Part shown: piece by piece, positions 9,595 through 19,835 of the stretch
Layout of the letters: every line of letters starts with the position of its first letter
How positions within the stretch are numbered: position 1 is the stretch's first letter
Origin: Promethearchaeia archaeon
Lineage (GTDB): Archaea; Asgardarchaeota; Lokiarchaeia; Sigyniarchaeales; SOKP01
Direction: 5' to 3'
DNA: 63,576 nt
Assembly: GCA_029856105.1 (NCBI GenBank)
Contig: JAHQWH010000006.1
Span: forward strand, 1 to 63,576
Translations under genes and position numbers: made by a program
The notes under the pieces: model-generated
Told to the model about the DNA's origin: nothing
Database searches by the model: none
Seen by the model: the letters and a program-made list of their open reading frames with translations, nothing else

Positions 9595-10191
9595 ATGATT
9601 GAAGTCGAAATTAAAGTTAAAATTTCTGATCCTAATCAAGTGAGGAAAAGATTTGAGAACAAAGGCGTTTACAAGATTTCCTTACATCATGAAGATATAT
9701 ATTTTAATATGCCTAAAGGATTAAGGGATTTTAAACAAACTGACGAAGCACTAAGATTAAGAAAATCCATTGAGTTTAATAAGGATAATCCAGAAAAAAC
9801 TCAGAAAAGTAATTATTTTATAACTTATAAAGGGAAAAAGATTGACAAAACAACCAAAACACGAGAAGAATTAGAAGTTAGAATAAACGAAATTGAAGAA
9901 ATGAAAAATCTTCTTAAAATGTTAGGGTTTCAAGAAGTTTTCACTGTCGTTAAAGAAAGAGAATTATATGAATTTTTGTTTAAAGACGTGAAAATCGAAG
10001 CTTTAATCGACTATTTACCTATTTTAAAGCAACATTTCGTAGAAGTTGAATTAATGACCAAATCGTATGAAGATATAAAGAAAAGTAGAAGGATTCTTTT
10101 TAAATTTTTAGAGAAATTTGGAATTAAGAAGGAAGAATCAATTAGAAAGTCTTATTTGGAATTAATTGCAGGAAAATTAGACATAATATAA
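9595..10191 (+). CDS. cyaB: CYTH-domain protein (class IV adenylate cyclase/triphosphatase)
   Basis: EVEIKV start, DIYF, ALRLR, TYKG, KERE, FVEVE, RKSYLEL motifs. Confidence 0.88.
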   Translation: MIEVEIKVKISDPNQVRKRFENKGVYKISLHHEDIYFNMPKGLRDFKQTDEALRLRKSIEFNKDNPEKTQKSNYFITYKGKKIDKTTKTREELEVRINEIEEMKNLLKMLGFQEVFTVVKERELYEFLFKDVKIEALIDYLPILKQHFVEVELMTKSYEDIKKSRRILFKFLEKFGIKKEESIRKSYLELIAGKLDII

Positions 10192-10222
10192 AAAAAAAGA
10201 ATTTAAAAGATAAGTAGGTATT

Positions 10223-10411
10223 CTACTTAATTATTAATTTATCGAGTTCTGCTATTTCTTTCTCTAATTTTATTCGATATAACCTCAAATCATAATTCTG
10301 ATAGACTTTCTTTATTAAATCTTTCTGTATAGATTGCGATTTATTCGATATTTCGTGAATGACACTCAAAAATTCATAATATTCAACATTATTTTCTACT
10401 AATTCATTCAT
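10223..10411 (-). CDS. small hypothetical helical protein
   Basis: 62-aa ORF with GGAG upstream and coiled-coil-like composition. Confidence 0.5.
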   Translation of the reverse strand: MNELVENNVEYYEFLSVIHEISNKSQSIQKDLIKKVYQNYDLRLYRIKLEKEIAELDKLIIK

Positions 10412-10749
10412 TATGTTTCAATTCTCCATTTTAATTTATTTTTATTTTCTTACAATTACAAAATAGTAATATACAATTAAAAATAATCTGGAGTCCAATC
10501 TTTACGGGTTCAGAATTCGGAGTAATACTAAATAGTGTGATTCTGTAACACTTTAAAACAATAAATGGGAAGACGATCCCATTTTTAAAGCGGTTTATAT
10601 CTTCAAATCTTCATCTATTCTTCTTTTTTTTCTGAAATTAAGTCGAATGAACTACATTGGATGTAATTCTGAAGACTTTAAATTCTGATAAGCGATTAAA
10701 TGAATTACTTTTTAAATTGTATAAATTTATATGTAGATTATGAGCATAA

Positions 10750-10965
10750 TTACCACATAATTTTATGGCCCTCTCGAGCTTTCTTCCCCCATTCTGACTT
10801 TTTGTTGCGATTTTGTTCGATAAAGCGGTACCCAAATAAATCAACATATTTAATTCCGCTTGAAAATTTTTTAATGGGGTATTCGATCTCATCAATTTCA
10901 ACATTTTTTCCTCCTTGAAACATTGCGTTACATATTTTTAAACCTTTTTCCTTCAAATCTTCCAT
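10750..10965 (-). CDS. small hypothetical protein, possibly C-terminally truncated
   Basis: GGAG RBS upstream; protein-like FIEQNRNKKSEWGKKAREGHKIMW that ends abruptly. Confidence 0.6.
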   Translation of the reverse strand: MEDLKEKGLKICNAMFQGGKNVEIDEIEYPIKKFSSGIKYVDLFGYRFIEQNRNKKSEWGKKAREGHKIMW

Positions 10966-11031
10966 TTTACATGCTCCATATGATTTTATGAGTTTTCTCT
11001 CGGATTATTCTGTAAATAGTTTTTTAATTTT

Positions 11032-11844
11032 TTAATTTTTGTTTGCAAACTCTATAACCCAGCTAGGTAAATTGTCTAACTGATTGTTACTGAAAACTAA
11101 TTTCTTAAGTGACAAAAGATTTGGGCAAGGCTCTGGATATTTTTCTAGTTTACAATAAGATATTTCCAAGGATTCTAATTTTGATAGCTTACAAATCGAC
11201 GATGGAATTTCGTTAAGGTTTTTGAGAGACAAACTTAATATGAAGCCTTTTTTAGCAGCTCTAACGCGACCTAGTCCTTTATACCCTATTTCTGTATTTT
11301 CTTTAATTAGTACTTGTTTAGCTTCGTCTGATAACTCAAACTTTTGTAAAAAATTCTTTAATTCGCTCCTAAATTTCATATAATCTAAATAATCGATATC
11401 GAGAACAAATTTTGAGTCTGCTGAGTTTAAGTTATAATAAGATCTAATCTTTTTTAACGCTTTTTCTCGAATGTCTGTAAATTGAGGATATTCGCCTGTT
11501 TCAAATAAATCTAATAGTTTTTTAAAGAAATATATAGATTTTTCATTTTGGATCGCCCATAATAACGGTTCATGTTCCCGTGCTGGAAAGTTCTGGATCA
11601 ATACTTTAGCCGCTTCAAATCTAACTAAAGTAGACTCATCAGAAATTAAGCAATTTTCTATTGTGCTAAAGGTTAGTTCGTCTTCAATCGATAATTTACC
11701 GATATATTCTAAGCTTGAATATCTAATATCCTCGTTATCACTTTTATTTATTAACGATTCGAAAAGCTTTAAGGCGTCCTTCTTTCCTACTTCGTTATGA
11801 AGTACTTTGAAATAAATTTCTTCAGGAGTTAATTGGTCGCTCAT
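11032..11844 (-). CDS. HEAT-repeat plus leucine-rich-repeat protein
   Basis: HEAT-like units (LISDESTLVRFEAAKVL) followed by LRRs (LNEIPSSICKLSKLESLEIS; LSLKKLVFSNNQLDNLP). Start taken at ATG 11844, just after the upstream stop. Confidence 0.8.
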   Translation of the reverse strand: MSDQLTPEEIYFKVLHNEVGKKDALKLFESLINKSDNEDIRYSSLEYIGKLSIEDELTFSTIENCLISDESTLVRFEAAKVLIQNFPAREHEPLLWAIQNEKSIYFFKKLLDLFETGEYPQFTDIREKALKKIRSYYNLNSADSKFVLDIDYLDYMKFRSELKNFLQKFELSDEAKQVLIKENTEIGYKGLGRVRAAKKGFILSLSLKNLNEIPSSICKLSKLESLEISYCKLEKYPEPCPNLLSLKKLVFSNNQLDNLPSWVIEFANKN

Positions 11845-11846
11845 TT

Positions 11847-12983
11847 TTACTTTAAACTTTCTTTTACCACTTCGTGATGACATACCGTTAATGAGATTGT
11901 TTTGGGGGCAATTAATTCGATATTTTTCATAACCTGTACATACGAGGCTAAGATTATTAAATTTTCGTTATTGCCTTTTAATTTTACGTTTTCTTGGATA
12001 TTGCAATTATCTGCAACGATAGCTTTTTCGATTTGAACATTACTTGAGATAAGTGTCTTGTTATAAATTAGACATTCCTTAAGTTCGGAATGGCTATTAA
12101 TAGATACATCGTCGCCAATTATTACATTCGGACCAACTTTACAATTCTCTCGAATTACAACGCCTTCACCAATTGTACAAGGAGGATAAATTTTTACGCT
12201 TGGATGGATGTCTGTAGAAGGTTCTATTAAATTTATTACATTTCCTTTCTGATTTTTTATTAAGTCGTTCATTAATAGAACATTTCCTTGCAATAAATCG
12301 TAGGGTTTACCAACATCGCTCCATATTCCACTAATAGGGTAATGATAGAGCATATTTTTATCGGCAACTTTAGGAAATACGTCCCTTTCAATAGAAACTT
12401 TTTTATTTGGTTCGATAAAGGAAAATATTTCAGGTTCTAGGAGATATACACCTGCGTTAATAGGCATAGGAACGTATTTGCCGTTTGGAGGAGCGTATTC
12501 ATCCTTTTCAAGAAATTTTAGTAGTTGATGCGTTTCATTATTTACTATCAATACGCCATATCTTGAGGGATCCTCTACGGTTTTACCGGCTATTGTTCCA
12601 ATACATTTACACTTTTCGTGAAACTTAATCATATCGCTAAAGCTATAATTCAAAATTACATCTCCATTTAACATGAAAAAGTTATCGTCTTTTAAGTAAT
12701 CTTCTGCTAATTTAATTGCTCCCGCAGTTCCCATAGGATGTTTTTCGTTTGTATAATAGATTTTTATTCCTAACTTTCTACCTTCCTTGAAATAGCTTTT
12801 AACAATATCGTCCATCACACTTACGGCTAAAAATACTTCTTTAACTCCAGCTGCTTTTAATAGGAGTATCTGTCGCTCCATTACCGGTTTATTCACGATT
12901 GGAATTAATGTTTTGGGTATAGTACATGTTAGTGGTCTTAATCGCGTTCCCCACCCACCCGATAAAATTATTGCTTTCGTCAT
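11847..12983 (-). CDS. NDP-sugar synthase (mannose-1-phosphate guanylyltransferase-like) with left-handed beta-helix
   Basis: AIILSGGWGTRLRPLT..PK, GTAGAIK, NGD, INAGVY, WSDVGKP and hexapeptide repeats. Confidence 0.92.
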   Translation of the reverse strand: MTKAIILSGGWGTRLRPLTCTIPKTLIPIVNKPVMERQILLLKAAGVKEVFLAVSVMDDIVKSYFKEGRKLGIKIYYTNEKHPMGTAGAIKLAEDYLKDDNFFMLNGDVILNYSFSDMIKFHEKCKCIGTIAGKTVEDPSRYGVLIVNNETHQLLKFLEKDEYAPPNGKYVPMPINAGVYLLEPEIFSFIEPNKKVSIERDVFPKVADKNMLYHYPISGIWSDVGKPYDLLQGNVLLMNDLIKNQKGNVINLIEPSTDIHPSVKIYPPCTIGEGVVIRENCKVGPNVIIGDDVSINSHSELKECLIYNKTLISSNVQIEKAIVADNCNIQENVKLKGNNENLIILASYVQVMKNIELIAPKTISLTVCHHEVVKESLK

Positions 12984-13036
12984 TTTTTTTTTATAAAGTT
13001 TTAATGGGATGTATAAAATAATTAAAAAGCTCTTTT

Positions 13037-14326
13037 TTAAAAACTATTTTGGTAATTAATATTTTCATCTAATTCATATTCATACACTTTATCGTAATCG
13101 TTATTTCTAACATTTGAAAAAATCCAAATAAATATTATAAAAGTAAAATTTAGCACAGCACATATAATAAAAAGGGTCGTAATACCAATCAGTTCTGCTA
13201 TCGGCCCTGATATTAGCATTGCTATCGGAGAAACTAAAGTTACTATAGTAATCACATTAGACATAACTCGTCCTTGTTTATCTGGAGGTATGACGGTTTG
13301 TAAGATCGTTAAAAACATGGTGTTAACAAAAGGAACAATAAAAGCAAAGAGAAATCCACCAATACTAATCATAAGAAAATTTTGTGGAGGTGCCAAGGCT
13401 AATATTAAATGTCCGATCTCACCTATTAAAATCCCAGTAAAGATAATTAAGGGTTTTTTATTCCAAACCTTTTTAATAATTACAATTATTGCTCCAACAA
13501 ACATCCCAGCTTGAATTGATGATAGAACAATAGCTAGATTTTCCACGCTCCCAGAATGAGTCCCACTAACATAGGGTATCATTAATGTGTTAAAAGGGTT
13601 TCCTAAAAAATTTAAAATGGTTGCTACAAAAAGCAAGATTAGGAGCCCCGGAACAATTTTTATAGCTTTAAACCCTACTTTCAATTCTCTAAAATATGAT
13701 CTTTCATGTTTAGGATGAAATTTCTTTAGTATAGGGGGTATTTTTACCAATAATAGAGGGGTTATAGCGATCAAAAAAGTAAGAACATCAACCCATAATA
13801 TTTGATCAATTGGAAATAATAGTAACAAAATGCCAGCAATAATTGGGCCCATTGTATTAACTAAACCGGTAAAAAAATAATTAATACCGTTCATTCTGCT
13901 TAAATGTTTCTTTGGTATCATTAAGGGAATTATTGCGTTTACAACTGGCCAATGAAATGCTTGAAATACACTTCTAATACTATTAATAAATATTATTAAC
14001 CATACTTGCCGAATATTGAAGAAAAATAAAAAAATTAAACTTAAAGTAGTAAGTGCTTGACAAAAATCAGAAAGCCCAATTAAAAGTTTTCGATTCCATC
14101 TATCGGCAAATACGCCAGCGAGAGGTCCGAGAATAAATATTGGTAGAAAAGAGAAAAAAGAGGCTAGTGATACTATTGTTAAACTTCCAGTTTCAAAAAA
14201 AATCCAATAAATTAGTACAATTTGAACTATAGATGACCCTAACAACGAAAACAATTGTCCTGACCAAAAAAATATATAGCTTCTAAAAGTTTGTCCCGTA
14301 GCAGTTGTTTCCATCTTTTCCAACAA
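13037..14326 (-). CDS. MFS transporter (MefA/DHA3-like)
   Basis: About 12 TMs; WSGQLFSLLGS, GVFADRWNRK, QGRV motifs. Confidence 0.9.
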   Translation of the reverse strand: MLEKMETTATGQTFRSYIFFWSGQLFSLLGSSIVQIVLIYWIFFETGSLTIVSLASFFSFLPIFILGPLAGVFADRWNRKLLIGLSDFCQALTTLSLIFLFFFNIRQVWLIIFINSIRSVFQAFHWPVVNAIIPLMIPKKHLSRMNGINYFFTGLVNTMGPIIAGILLLLFPIDQILWVDVLTFLIAITPLLLVKIPPILKKFHPKHERSYFRELKVGFKAIKIVPGLLILLFVATILNFLGNPFNTLMIPYVSGTHSGSVENLAIVLSSIQAGMFVGAIIVIIKKVWNKKPLIIFTGILIGEIGHLILALAPPQNFLMISIGGFLFAFIVPFVNTMFLTILQTVIPPDKQGRVMSNVITIVTLVSPIAMLISGPIAELIGITTLFIICAVLNFTFIIFIWIFSNVRNNDYDKVYEYELDENINYQNSF

Positions 14327-14380
14327 TTGAATTTGATTTTAAATTAAATAAAAAGAATTTTTCTTAATAACTTAATATGG

Positions 14381-15499
14381 TTATATGTCGTTAGTTATTT
14401 TCTGTGAATATAAAAACTTACCTGGTTCAATTCCTTTTTTTTCTGCAATCTTGTAAAATAGTAATTGAAGAATTATTATTTCCATTATCGGTGCTAAATG
14501 AGGATCCTTTATTTTATGCATATATGTTATAATCTTAGGATCGTCGTGTAATTTCTTTGTTTTTTCGTCAAATTCTTGATTTGTGACATGTAATATTTTC
14601 CCACAAGCCCATTTGTTAACTAATTTTTCTATGAATTGAATGTTGAACGCAAAATCCTCTTTATCGGACGAAAGAATTATAAGTTTAGTACTCTCTTTTA
14701 AACATTCAATACCACCGTGTCTAAAAGTTGATATAGAACTTGCTTCCGAGTAAGATTTAACGATTTCCTTAAAATTTAATGCTGCTTGATGCGCAGATGT
14801 TAGTGAGGGCCCTCTTGAGAGAATTTCTAGAAAATCAATATCGTATCCAAATGAAGATAGAAGTTCTTTCCATAACTTATTAATCTTTTTCTGATCTTGT
14901 AAAAAACTTCGAACTTCCCCTAAGAAGGCTTCTACATTTTGAATTTCGGTTTCATTTGTAAAGAATTCGCCTATTATTGTTTTTGCCATAACATACAACA
15001 ATAGCAGCGTACACACATAACTCTTCGAAGTAACTGAAACTTCTTCATCAAAGTTCATAAAAATTTGCAATTCGGTCATATAAGCAAGATAACTATCAGG
15101 ATTATTCGTGATACCAATTGTTAACGGTTTATCATTAAGCTCTATTTCATTTATTTTCCTTAAAAGCTCTCTAATTTCTCCAGATTTGCCAGATTGTGAA
15201 ATAATTATAATTCCTGTGTCTTTAAAACAATTCTGTTTCACGGTAGGAAAAGTATTAAATAAGAATTCTCCTGCTTCTCGAATTTCAACAGCGATACCGT
15301 ACTGATTTAAAATGTAATAAGGCAAGTATGAGCTGACGAAACTAGAACCCATACCCGTAAAAATAAGTTTAGTAATCCCACCTTTTTTTATAAAGTCTCT
15401 AATTTTTAAAAATTGAGGTTTACCTTCTCCTACAATGTAGTTAAACGTGTCTTTAAGAGCATCTGGTTGAGATTTTAGTTCTTCTAAAAAATTATTCAT
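14381..15499 (-). CDS. Double SIS-domain sugar-phosphate isomerase/deaminase (GlmS C-terminal/FrlB-like)
   Basis: TGMGSS, ISQSGKSGE, TSKSY, FKE, FRHG motifs; no glutaminase domain. Confidence 0.85.
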   Translation of the reverse strand: MNNFLEELKSQPDALKDTFNYIVGEGKPQFLKIRDFIKKGGITKLIFTGMGSSFVSSYLPYYILNQYGIAVEIREAGEFLFNTFPTVKQNCFKDTGIIIISQSGKSGEIRELLRKINEIELNDKPLTIGITNNPDSYLAYMTELQIFMNFDEEVSVTSKSYVCTLLLLYVMAKTIIGEFFTNETEIQNVEAFLGEVRSFLQDQKKINKLWKELLSSFGYDIDFLEILSRGPSLTSAHQAALNFKEIVKSYSEASSISTFRHGGIECLKESTKLIILSSDKEDFAFNIQFIEKLVNKWACGKILHVTNQEFDEKTKKLHDDPKIITYMHKIKDPHLAPIMEIIILQLLFYKIAEKKGIEPGKFLYSQKITNDI

Positions 15500-15611
15500 A
15501 CATAATCCCTAAAAAACCATTCATAATTAATTATAATTAATTATAATAAAAAATATAAGATAAAATTAATTTAAACAAATCAGAATTAAATAATTATTAT
15601 AGTGATATTTT

Positions 15612-15983
15612 TTGCCTTGTATACACGGTCTTGATATTATCAATTGCCCGATTTGCCGAATGACGAAATCTACAGCTCCTCGAAACCCAATTAACATTGA
15701 GGGGGCAAAAATCGAAAATTTAAGACCAGAAAATCCGTTTTTTAAAAATTATATTAACAATAAAAATAGAACTGAAGAATATTTAATTAAAAGCAATAAA
15801 TTATTACAACCAAATTTGATAAATCAATTACCAGCGCCAAAATTGATAAATCAAATTCCTAATTTTGAAAGTAAAGGATTAATTAATAAGTTAAACGAGT
15901 TAGATATTGAAAAATGGGATAATTACAGAATTTCTAAAAAGGTTTCTCTTGAAAAACCTGGATTGAAACTTGATTCTGATTAG
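15612..15983 (+). CDS. hypothetical protein with N-terminal Cys/His metal-binding motif
   Basis: CIHGLDIINCPIC; TTG start after AGTGAT; internal repeat PNLINQLP/PKLINQIP. Confidence 0.7.
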   Translation: MPCIHGLDIINCPICRMTKSTAPRNPINIEGAKIENLRPENPFFKNYINNKNRTEEYLIKSNKLLQPNLINQLPAPKLINQIPNFESKGLINKLNELDIEKWDNYRISKKVSLEKPGLKLDSD

Positions 15984-16104
15984 ACTTATTTTTTACATTC
16001 ATTTTAACATAAGAATTTAAAATAAGAATTTTAAAACTAATATATATATATTTATATTATTAATTTCTTAAGAAACTCAAAACTCAATAATGAAGTGTTG
16101 AATA

Positions 16105-17826
16105 ATGGAAATTAACAATGATTTGAAAAATAGTACGCAAGTTGCCTATATCAGCATGGAGATTGCAATTGATTCGAATATTCCAACATATAGCGGTGGT
16201 TTAGGGGTTTTATCTGGAGATACGGTAAGAGCAGCGGCAGATTTAGAGCTCCCTATGGTTGGATTATGCTTATGTTATAGTTCAGGTTATTTCTATCAAT
16301 TTTTTAACGAATTTGGTGAACAGAAAGAACGCGAAATCAGCTGGAACTTTTTCTATGAGTTTGAAAAAGTTGAAAAACCAATTAAAATAAAAATTGAAGA
16401 TAAAGAAGTGTTAGTATCTGCTTGGTTATACAGAGTAATAGGTCAATCAGGTCACATACTCCCGATTTACTTATTAACTACTGAAATTGAGGGAAACGAA
16501 GAATGGATGAAAGAAATGACAGGTTCTCTCTATGATTCCACATCACGATGGAACAGAATCGTACAAGAAATGATACTAGGCATTGGTGGCGTAAAACTCT
16601 TAAATTCCTTGGGTTATAATAACATAAAAACATACCATTTAAACGAAGGGCATGGATCTTTTTCAATAGTTGAACTTTACAATATGTTAAGTGGTGATCT
16701 TGATAAGATTAGAGATAAAGTAGTGTTCACTACTCACACTCCAGTTCCGGCAGGTCATGATCGATTTAATCAAGATTTAGTTAACAAGGTATTTAAAGAA
16801 AGAATGCCTCCTGAAATTCGAAATATTGCTGACGATAAAGGTCAATTTAATATGACATATCTAGGAATGGGGCTTTCTAGATACAGAAATGGAGTTGCCA
16901 AAAAACACGGCCAAATTTCACAGAAAATGTTTCCTCAATACGAAGTTGATTCAATTACTAATGGTATACATTTACCTTCTTGGGTTAGCCAGCCATTTCA
17001 ACGGATATTTGACAAAAAGTGGCCAAATTGGAAGGCAAAACCTACGCTACTTCAAAACGCAATTGAATTAGACGAATTAGATATTTTCGATGCGCACATT
17101 GAAAATAAATTCAATCTAATTAGTTATCAGAAAGGCCATAGTTGGAACTTACTGGATGAAGAATTACTTACAATTGGTTTCGCTAGAAGATTTGCTACAT
17201 ACAAAAGGGCTACTTTAATCTTCCACGATATCGATAGGTTAGGTAAAATCTGCAAAGAAAAGATTCAATTCATTTTTGCAGGAAAAGCTCATCCTAAAGA
17301 TACGATGGGAAAGGAATATATCAAAAAGATCTACGAATCAGGTGAATATCTTTACGATAATTACGATGTTAAAATTGTAATGTTGGAAAATTATAATATG
17401 GATTTAGCTCATTTGATGGTATCTGGGTGTGATGTTTGGCTCAATACGCCCGAAAGATATCGCGAAGCGAGTGGCACAAGTGGTATGAAAGCCGCATTGA
17501 ATGGTATTTTAAACTTTAGCGTTCAAGATGGTTGGTGGTTGGAAGGATATCGCAAGAACTCTATGGCAGGCTGGGCAATTGGCCCTAACGATTCAAATCC
17601 CGACGATCTAGGGGTCTCAAATAGTTGGGAGATTGACTCAAACGCAATATATGAAACGTTAGAAAATGAAATTATACCAACTTATCAGAACCATGACGAG
17701 TGGTTGTTCAAAAGTAAAAACGCTATTTCTCTCGCAGCTTTCTTTAACACTAATAGGATGATGCAAGAATACGCTAAGAAGAGCTACAAGCTTAAAAAAC
17801 AAAAACCTTGGAAATTTATGAGTTAA
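16105..17826 (+). CDS. glgP: alpha-glucan (glycogen/maltodextrin) phosphorylase
   Basis: YSGGLGVLSGD, HLNEGH, FARRFATYKRA, EASGTSGMK (PLP lysine). Confidence 0.95.
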   Translation: MEINNDLKNSTQVAYISMEIAIDSNIPTYSGGLGVLSGDTVRAAADLELPMVGLCLCYSSGYFYQFFNEFGEQKEREISWNFFYEFEKVEKPIKIKIEDKEVLVSAWLYRVIGQSGHILPIYLLTTEIEGNEEWMKEMTGSLYDSTSRWNRIVQEMILGIGGVKLLNSLGYNNIKTYHLNEGHGSFSIVELYNMLSGDLDKIRDKVVFTTHTPVPAGHDRFNQDLVNKVFKERMPPEIRNIADDKGQFNMTYLGMGLSRYRNGVAKKHGQISQKMFPQYEVDSITNGIHLPSWVSQPFQRIFDKKWPNWKAKPTLLQNAIELDELDIFDAHIENKFNLISYQKGHSWNLLDEELLTIGFARRFATYKRATLIFHDIDRLGKICKEKIQFIFAGKAHPKDTMGKEYIKKIYESGEYLYDNYDVKIVMLENYNMDLAHLMVSGCDVWLNTPERYREASGTSGMKAALNGILNFSVQDGWWLEGYRKNSMAGWAIGPNDSNPDDLGVSNSWEIDSNAIYETLENEIIPTYQNHDEWLFKSKNAISLAAFFNTNRMMQEYAKKSYKLKKQKPWKFMS

Positions 17827-17888
17827 AAATATCTTTTTTTTTAATATTTGAGAGAGCTTAACAAATTTTAAGATAAAAAGAGATTAGG

Positions 17889-18407
17889 TTATTTAGTACA
17901 ATTTAAGAGTTTAAACGGTCTAATTTTTAAATATTCATCAAAATTCTTTTGTTCGAAATAAATTTCAAATGTTTGAGAAAAAATCTCTTCCATTGTATCT
18001 ACGCCATATGATAACCCTTCCATATCCTTTGCTAATAAAAGCATTGATTCCGAATTAGACTGAAGATAGAAGCATCCTGGACTGAGTTCGATATTTTTGT
18101 GAGGTTCAATAATTAGATTGGCCTGTCTTATAATTTCATTTGTGGTAAAAATAACTAGTAGAAAGTTTTCTGAATACTCTTCTTTTAAGTAAGAATCCCT
18201 TATTCCCGAAGCTTGGGGCGCTATTTTAGCAGAATCTTTAAAAAAGATTTGAAGTCGAGTTAATTCTTTCCTGAATTTAATTTTATTATGGAAAAAACTG
18301 AAATCCTTGCTTAATTTTAAGGGTTCACCGTCAATGTATGTAATTTCTTTTGGTTTTGATTTGAAAACATATTTTTTAATATTTTTTGACATGATAAATT
18401 TTTTCAC
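17889..18407 (-). CDS. protein resembling the non-catalytic GH20 hexosaminidase domain 2
   Basis: FYL...MLLLAKDMEGLSYGVDTMEEI resembles the Y.L...G.D..G..YG..TL.Q pattern; no catalytic barrel. Confidence 0.55.
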   Translation of the reverse strand: MKKFIMSKNIKKYVFKSKPKEITYIDGEPLKLSKDFSFFHNKIKFRKELTRLQIFFKDSAKIAPQASGIRDSYLKEEYSENFLLVIFTTNEIIRQANLIIEPHKNIELSPGCFYLQSNSESMLLLAKDMEGLSYGVDTMEEIFSQTFEIYFEQKNFDEYLKIRPFKLLNCTK

Positions 18408-18517
18408 TCTAAAAAGATTTTAAAATTTAATAGAAATTGATCTAAATAAGATAAAATGAAGTTTTTTAAAAATTTCTTGGTTATTGAATATAAAAGTTTA
18501 ATAAAAAAATAATTTGC

Positions 18518-19516
18518 TTGAAAATGAAATTAGGACCGCTTATTTTAGAAAATAATCTCATATTGGCGCCGCTGCAGAGAGTAACTACGGCACCGTACAG
18601 GCAGTTTTGTAGAAAGTTTGGTAAAATAGGGTTAGTAAGTGTTCCAATGCTTTACACAAAAAGAATTCAAAATAATCCTCGTACCGTATTAAGTGATTTA
18701 TACAAAATTGAGAAGGAAAGGCCTATAAGCGTGCAGTTAATCGGTTCCGATCCAATAGCTTTAAGAGATTCAATTGACTTTCTTGAGAGCTATCAATTTG
18801 ATGTTTTGGATATAAACGCGGGCTGTCCATCTAAAAGGGCAATTAAGGCAAAGGAAGGAGGATATCTACTTAACGACTTGAAAAAATTAAGTAGTTTAAT
18901 TAAAATTGCTACAAAATACTCCTCACATTTAGTTTCCTTAAAGGTTAGAACAGGGTTCAATAACTCAGATGATGTCGATAAATTAGCAAAGATTATTAAT
19001 AAATCGAGCATTAATTTCATAACAATTCATGGAAGAACGGTAAAAGATGGATTCGATGACGACGCTCTTAATTTAAAAACCGTTAAAAGATTGAAAGATT
19101 TATTAAAAATACCTGTAGTTGGAAATGGAAACATTAACAGTCCTCAGTCTGCGAAAAGGTTTTTAGATTTTACAAAAGTCGATGCTATTATGATTGGGAG
19201 AGAAACTATGGGAAATCCGGAAATCTTTCATCAAATTAATACTTATTTAAAAGAAGGAGTTGAACTGGTTTTTAATAATAATTTAATAAAAATGAAAAAA
19301 CATATTGATCTTTACGATCATTGCATAAATAGCTATCTAGATGAGATTACCGAGTTTCCATACCCTATTGAAAGATACAAATTCATGGAATTAAAAAGAA
19401 ATTCGATATGGCTAACTAAAAATATTCAAACCTCAACCGACATTAGGATTAAAATTTCTAAAGCAAAAACTTTGGATGAATTACTAGATATTTTCGAACA
19501 GATTTTTGATAATTAA
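18518..19516 (+). CDS. tRNA-dihydrouridine synthase
   Basis: LAPL, VQLIGSD, DINAGCP (catalytic Cys), KVRTG, TIHGRT, GNGNI, MIGR. Confidence 0.92.
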   Translation: MKMKLGPLILENNLILAPLQRVTTAPYRQFCRKFGKIGLVSVPMLYTKRIQNNPRTVLSDLYKIEKERPISVQLIGSDPIALRDSIDFLESYQFDVLDINAGCPSKRAIKAKEGGYLLNDLKKLSSLIKIATKYSSHLVSLKVRTGFNNSDDVDKLAKIINKSSINFITIHGRTVKDGFDDDALNLKTVKRLKDLLKIPVVGNGNINSPQSAKRFLDFTKVDAIMIGRETMGNPEIFHQINTYLKEGVELVFNNNLIKMKKHIDLYDHCINSYLDEITEFPYPIERYKFMELKRNSIWLTKNIQTSTDIRIKISKAKTLDELLDIFEQIFDN

Positions 19517-19528
19517 GAGACGAGAAAA

Positions 19529-19786
19529 TTAGTTTTTTACGAGTAATATTAAAAATATAAAGATATACATAAAGATAATTACTCCATTAATCAGTATAAT
19601 TAGTTGGAGAATTTGAATAACCGACCCTCCAAAAGAAGATGTTAACCTTTCAACTGTCCAATTAAAATCTCCTGAGAGTGCAGAAATGATTATGTAAATA
19701 CTTATACAAAAAAATTCAACTACTGTAAAAAGAAACAACTTAAAAAGCGTATCTTTTTCATTCTCGTTAAGCTTCATATTTAACAC
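19529..19786 (-). CDS. small 2-TM membrane protein
   Basis: Two long hydrophobic segments. Confidence 0.6.
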   Translation of the reverse strand: MLNMKLNENEKDTLFKLFLFTVVEFFCISIYIIISALSGDFNWTVERLTSSFGGSVIQILQLIILINGVIIFMYIFIFLILLVKN

Positions 19787-19835
19787 TATTAATAAATTTT
19801 TAAAGCTCTTTAGTTCTTCTATAATGTTCTTAAAG

